Source of the DNA: an archaeon
GTDB taxonomy: Archaea; Nanobdellota; Nanobdellia; Pacearchaeales; GW2011-AR1
Assembly: GCA_043810775.1 (NCBI GenBank)
Contig: JBDRNU010000004.1
Location: 1-19,987, forward strand
Direction: 5' to 3'
Length of the DNA stretch: 19,987 nucleotides
Shown: positions 16,611 through 19,987 of the stretch, one piece after another
How the letters are laid out: each line of letters begins with the position of its first letter
Numbering within the stretch: position 1 is the first letter of the stretch
Notes under the pieces: generated by a model
What the model was told of the DNA's origin: nothing
Databases searched by the model: none
What the model saw: only the letters and a program-made list of their open reading frames with translations
Position numbers and translations under genes: made by a program

Positions 16611-17792
16611 CTAAACAACAATCTCAATCCCATCTCTATGCTTTAACTTATGGTCTTTTCCAACTATCTGCTTTGTCTTGGCATCAAGAGCTTTAATAAA
16701 ACCTTTTCCAATATCAGTATGCAGCTTAAAAGCAAAATCTAAAGCAGTAGTTCCATCAGGAACTAAAAAACAATCAGGAAGTATATTTCCTTTTGAATCA
16801 GCAAGTTTATGCACTCCAGCAGGAAATACAGCAATATAATTCAACAAGTCAAAAACAGCAGTATTCAAAACTTTCTGAACTCCAGTAAACCCATACTGTT
16901 CAAGCACATTTTTCTTTATACTATCCAAGGCTTCTTTCTGCTTTTCATTCAACTCCTTTAAAATTTTGAAATTCTTATCACCTGGAATATATTCAATTAA
17001 ACCTGCCTTACTTGCCTCTCTTAAAGCAAGTTCAGAATCAGCTGAACAAGGTACAATTATTAATTCAGGATACTCTTCTTCTAGTTTCTTAAGATTTTCC
17101 CTGCCATTAGGCCTGTCAATTTTATTTGCAGCAATAATCATTGGCTTAGTCAAATGTCTAAGTTCATGAGCAAAACTGCTTATCTGCTCTCCAGTCCATT
17201 TAGAAGGATTAGAAGTATCATAACTAGCTTTTAATAAAACCTTTTTAACATCATCTTCTGAAACTTTTAGCCCAGAAAACTGCTTGGCAATAGCTTTAGC
17301 AAAGTTCTCCTTAGTGCTCTGAATAGTTCTTGAAAATTCTTTCCAAACCTTCATCAAAATCCCAGAATACCATAAATCAAGCTCATTTTCAAGCATTTTA
17401 ACATCCTTAACAGGATCGTATTCCTTAGTAATCTTGCCTTCAGCATCAGTCTCTCCTGAAATATCAACTATATGTATAAAAACATCAGCCTGCCTTAAAT
17501 CATCTAAAAATTGGTTTCCTAAACCTTTGCCCTTACTTGCTCCTTCAACCAAACCAGCAACATCCATAAGCTCAACAGGCACAAATCTCTGATGGTTAAC
17601 ACAATATCCAGTCCTAGGATTACATTGAACATTAAATTCCTTATCTAAGCAATCTATTCGAACATATCCCATACCTGTATTTGGCTTTATAGTAGTAAAA
17701 GGGTAAGAAGCAATAGCTACATTAACTAGTGTGCAAGCTTTAAAAAAAGTTGACTTACCAACAGAAGGCTTTCCTACTAATCCTAAAATCAT
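16611..17792 (-). CDS. ychF: Obg-family translation-associated NTPase, archaeal YchF
   Basis: GKPSVGKST, YPFTTI, DVAGLV, ANKID, C-terminal TGS domain (DFAFKLHTDIG). Confidence 0.92.
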   Translation of the reverse strand: MILGLVGKPSVGKSTFFKACTLVNVAIASYPFTTIKPNTGMGYVRIDCLDKEFNVQCNPRTGYCVNHQRFVPVELMDVAGLVEGASKGKGLGNQFLDDLRQADVFIHIVDISGETDAEGKITKEYDPVKDVKMLENELDLWYSGILMKVWKEFSRTIQSTKENFAKAIAKQFSGLKVSEDDVKKVLLKASYDTSNPSKWTGEQISSFAHELRHLTKPMIIAANKIDRPNGRENLKKLEEEYPELIIVPCSADSELALREASKAGLIEYIPGDKNFKILKELNEKQKEALDSIKKNVLEQYGFTGVQKVLNTAVFDLLNYIAVFPAGVHKLADSKGNILPDCFLVPDGTTALDFAFKLHTDIGKGFIKALDAKTKQIVGKDHKLKHRDGIEIVV

Positions 17793-17861
17793 AAAAAAAT
17801 AAAGAAAAAGAAAGTATAAAAATATATGTAAAATAAAAAAGTAAAAATAAGAAAAAGAAAG

Positions 17862-18008
17862 TTACTCTTCGTCTTCTTTTATTTGCTCTTCTTTATTGTC
17901 TTCACTATCTTCTGACTTTTCTTCACTATCTTCTGACTTTTCTTCACTATCTTCAGAAGTTTCTTTACTTTCTTCTTCAGTCTTTTCTTCATTAATTTCT
18001 TCTTCCAT
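17862..18008 (-). CDS. small highly acidic protein (48 aa), absent from the ORF track
   Basis: Hand translation: MEEEINEEKTEEESKETSEDSEEKSEDSEEKSEDSEDNKEEQIKEDEE*. Upstream AGAAAGCTTTATAAAA promoter motif (18060-18045) and T-rich tract downstream. Confidence 0.7.
   Translation of the reverse strand: MEEEINEEKTEEESKETSEDSEEKSEDSEEKSEDSEDNKEEQIKEDEE
17899..17954. repeat. 21-bp tandem repeat TCTTCACTATCTTCTGACTTT, about 2.7 copies, in frame (EKSEDSE units)
   Basis: Exact copies at 17899-17919 and 17920-17940, partial copy at 17941-17954. Confidence 0.9.
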
Positions 18009-18094
18009 TTTATATAATAACCTCAAATTTCAATCCCAAACAGCTTTTATAAAGCTTTCTAAAACTATTAAACGAACTCCATATACTCTAATTA

Positions 18095-18110
18095 GAAAAA
18101 ACTTTAAATA
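18095..18110 (+). promoter_or_regulatory. BRE/TATA promoter of tRNA-Ile
   Basis: GAAAAAACTTTAAATA; the TATA begins 31 nt before tRNA position 1. Confidence 0.65.
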
Positions 18111-18133
18111 ATCAGTTAAAGTTAAGATTTTAT

Positions 18134-18241
18134 GAGCCTGTAGCTCAGCCAGGTTAGAGCTCTGGTCTTATATGACCCTATCTCGTTAGAGATAGAAGCT
18201 AAGACAGCCAGAGGTCCCAGGTTCAAATCCTGGCAGGCTCA
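18134..18241 (+). tRNA. tRNA-Ile(UAU) with a 33-nt intron at 37/38 (18173-18205)
   Basis: Acceptor GAGCCTG/CAGGCTC plus A73; D stem GCTC/GAGC; anticodon stem CTGGT/GCCAG with CT-TAT-A; T arm CCAGG-TTCAAAT-CCTGG; BHB helix CTTA/TAAG with 3-nt bulges; CCA not encoded. Confidence 0.9.
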
Positions 18242-18279
18242 TTTAATTAACTTTAAAAACCAAAAAGTAATGTATTATT

Positions 18280-18678
18280 ATGGCAAAAATAGCAAAAAAA
18301 GAGGTTAAAAAAACTGAGGCGAAAAATCAAGCAACAAAGAAAGATGATTACACAAAACTGTTTGCATTCTTAGCAACATTTCTAAGTATAATTGGATTTG
18401 TTATTGCTTTATTGGCAAAAAAAGACAATCAATACATAATGTACTATGCAAAACAGTCCTTAGTTGTATTTATAGTTGCTATAATAGTAAGTGTCGCAGA
18501 TACAATAATAACTGGAATATTTAATTTAATATGGCTACATTTTATCGGGCAATTAATTATAGAGATATTAGGAATATTAGTATTTATCCTTTGGATTATA
18601 AGTTGGGTTTATGCATTGAGTGGTGAGATGAAAGAAGTTCCAATAGTCGGCAAGTATGGCAATCAAATAAAGCTTTAA
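18280..18678 (+). CDS. DUF4870-like integral membrane protein
   Basis: Three hydrophobic segments, YYAKQSL and C-terminal EVPIVG. Confidence 0.75.
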   Translation: MAKIAKKEVKKTEAKNQATKKDDYTKLFAFLATFLSIIGFVIALLAKKDNQYIMYYAKQSLVVFIVAIIVSVADTIITGIFNLIWLHFIGQLIIEILGILVFILWIISWVYALSGEMKEVPIVGKYGNQIKL

Positions 18679-18750
18679 AACCTTATTTAATTTTAAATCT
18701 TATTTTTTTAATTATAGTTAGTTTTAAAAACCACATCTAACTTTATTTTC

Positions 18751-18847
18751 TATCTTCCTTTATTCAGTTAAAGGAAGCTACAAAAGAACCTTGGTTCAAT
18801 CACCCCTGAGGCATACTCAAGGGAGATACAAAAGAACCGTTAGGTGC
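18751..18847. repeat. tandem duplicated hairpin-TACAAAAG-hairpin unit upstream of tRNA-Glu
   Basis: Exact 12-mer TACAAAAGAACC at 18779-18790 and 18827-18838, each preceded by a long stem-loop and followed by an ACC/GGT mini-stem. Confidence 0.6.
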
Positions 18848-18853
18848 TTTTGA

Positions 18854-18926
18854 GCCCCTATGGTGTAGAGGCCAAGCATAAAGCCCTTTCGAGGCTTTGA
18901 CCCGGGTTCGAATCCCGGTGGGGGCA
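18854..18926 (+). tRNA. tRNA-Glu(UUC)
   Basis: Acceptor GCCCCTA/TGGGGGC, anticodon arm AAGCC-CTTTCGA-GGCTT, T arm CCGGG-TTCGAAT-CCCGG; CCA not encoded. Confidence 0.93.
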
Positions 18927-18964
18927 TGGTATCATTTTGAGGATTTAAAGGAACCTTTTATGTA

Positions 18965-18994
18965 CAGATTTTATACAAGTTGTATATAAATCTG
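18965..18994. repeat. near-perfect inverted repeat between tRNA-Glu and the integrase
   Basis: CAGATTT-TATACAA-G-TTGTATA-T-AAATCTG (14-bp arms, one bulged base). Confidence 0.75.
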
Positions 18995-19011
18995 ACGAGC
19001 TAAAAGAAAAC

Positions 19012-19987
19012 ATGAAAATAGATCCTCATAACCATAAAGGAGTTTACACTTCTTGGAAAGAAAAAAATAATGGGAAATTTGAAGGTGTGAGTAATCAAAA
19101 TTCCGCATTAATATTGAGATATTTGAATGATATGGAGAAGGGCATTAATATCTCTAATGTTAGTGTTAAAGGTCCAAGAAGTTATGGAAGATTACTCTCA
19201 CTAAAAACTAGGCTTACATTCTTTTCTAAGAAATTTAGAGAGTTATATAATTTAGACAACCTTTTAGAAATAAAAGAAGACCAATTGTTGAGTTTCTTTG
19301 CTGATATGAGATCTGGAGATATAAAAAAGATTAATGGTGGAGAATATAAATCTATCCAAACTTATGTTAAAATTTTCAAGGCTTTTTGGCATTGGCATAT
19401 GAAGACCAGTAAAAAGAAAGGAATAGAAGTAGAAGATATAACTGTTGATTTAGACACAACACAGGATAAACCAAAATGGGTGTACTTAACAGAGGAACAA
19501 GTCAAAAAATTATGTGATAATGCAAAATATGAATATAAAATATTAATTATGTTTTTATTTGATTCTGGCATAAGATCTCCTTCAGAACTCATTAATATTA
19601 AGGTTTCAGATCTTTATGTTGATTATAAAGAATTACATATTAGGGATGAAGTTAGTAAGACTTTTGGAAGAAGGATAAAGTTAATGATTTCTTCCAAGTT
19701 ATTAAAAGATTATGTTCTAGAAAAAGGCTTGAATAATGAAGATTACCTTTTTCCCATAAATCCAAAAGTTGTTAATAGATATTTGAAGAGATTAGCTAGT
19801 AAGATTTTGGGAGAACATACTAGTGAAGCTGGTGAAAAGTTTTCAGAACTAACAATGTATGACTTTAGGCATATTTCCTGCTGTTACTGGCTTCCAAGAT
19901 ACAAATCTGAATCTGCCTTAAAATACAGATTTGGATGGAAGAAAAGTGATAAGATTCATTATTATTCTGAACTATTAGGTATGAAAG
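19012..19987 (+). CDS. tyrosine recombinase/integrase (3'-truncated by the window edge; not in the ORF track)
   Basis: Open frame from ATG 19012 (MKIDPHNHK...) with DSGIRSPSEL (R), SKT (K), MYDFRH (YxxR), RFGW (W) and IHYY (Y). Confidence 0.88.
   Translation, partial: MKIDPHNHKGVYTSWKEKNNGKFEGVSNQNSALILRYLNDMEKGINISNVSVKGPRSYGRLLSLKTRLTFFSKKFRELYNLDNLLEIKEDQLLSFFADMRSGDIKKINGGEYKSIQTYVKIFKAFWHWHMKTSKKKGIEVEDITVDLDTTQDKPKWVYLTEEQVKKLCDNAKYEYKILIMFLFDSGIRSPSELINIKVSDLYVDYKELHIRDEVSKTFGRRIKLMISSKLLKDYVLEKGLNNEDYLFPINPKVVNRYLKRLASKILGEHTSEAGEKFSELTMYDFRHISCCYWLPRYKSESALKYRFGWKKSDKIHYYSELLGMK

Larger units (their letters stand above)
18927..19987 (+). mobile_element. probable left end of a tRNA-Glu-integrated element
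   Basis: Integrase starts 85 nt after the tRNA 3' end. The matching att repeat is not in the window. Confidence 0.45.

Noticed and set aside
11588-17169. ORFs 11588..11854, 14246..14473, 14809..15072 and 16966..17169
   Set aside because: Antisense shadows inside longer, motif-bearing genes
17896-18111. Ser-rich plus-strand ORF (71 aa)
   Set aside because: Reverse complement of the acidic 48-aa ORF; it starts at TTG and runs across two promoter motifs
17899-18838. CRISPR array from the 21-bp or 12-bp repeats
   Set aside because: The 21-mers have no spacers, the 12-mer is too short and occurs only twice, and no cas genes are present
19362-19592. Minus-strand 76-aa ORF
   Set aside because: Antisense shadow of the tyrosine recombinase

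Overview
AT-rich archaeal chromosome segment, most consistent with a DPANN (Pacearchaeota/Woesearchaeota-like) genome. This is an inference from rpl7ae-rps28e-rpl24e, stand-alone Kae1, archaeal YchF, BRE/TATA promoters and an intron-containing tRNA-Ile(UAU). Left to right: two orphan ORFs; a bacterial-type gyrase operon with a HAD hydrolase between gyrB and gyrA; a 470-aa orphan; a ribosomal protein operon; a DapA-like aldolase with an altered active site; Kae1; an atypical radical-SAM-like protein; an unannotated 48-aa Lys-rich protein divergent from a ~130-nt hairpin-rich intergenic element (ncRNA candidate with a K-loop and a promoter-like motif at each end); a five-gene minus-strand cluster (AEP/LigD-type polymerase, DUF167, a frameshifted mini PEP-dikinase-like gene, metallopeptidase, DUF192); NUDIX, MBL-fold hydrolase and YchF; an unannotated 48-aa acidic repeat protein; tRNA-Ile(UAU); a DUF4870-like membrane protein; a tandem-duplicated hairpin element; tRNA-Glu(UUC); and a tyrosine recombinase running off the right edge, probably the border of an integrated element. 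The best novelty candidate is the 12.4-12.9 kb small basic protein plus structured RNA locus, whose CACAGA...TCTGTT stem motif recurs in the rpl7ae leader. All calls are by eye; no searches or folding programs were run.
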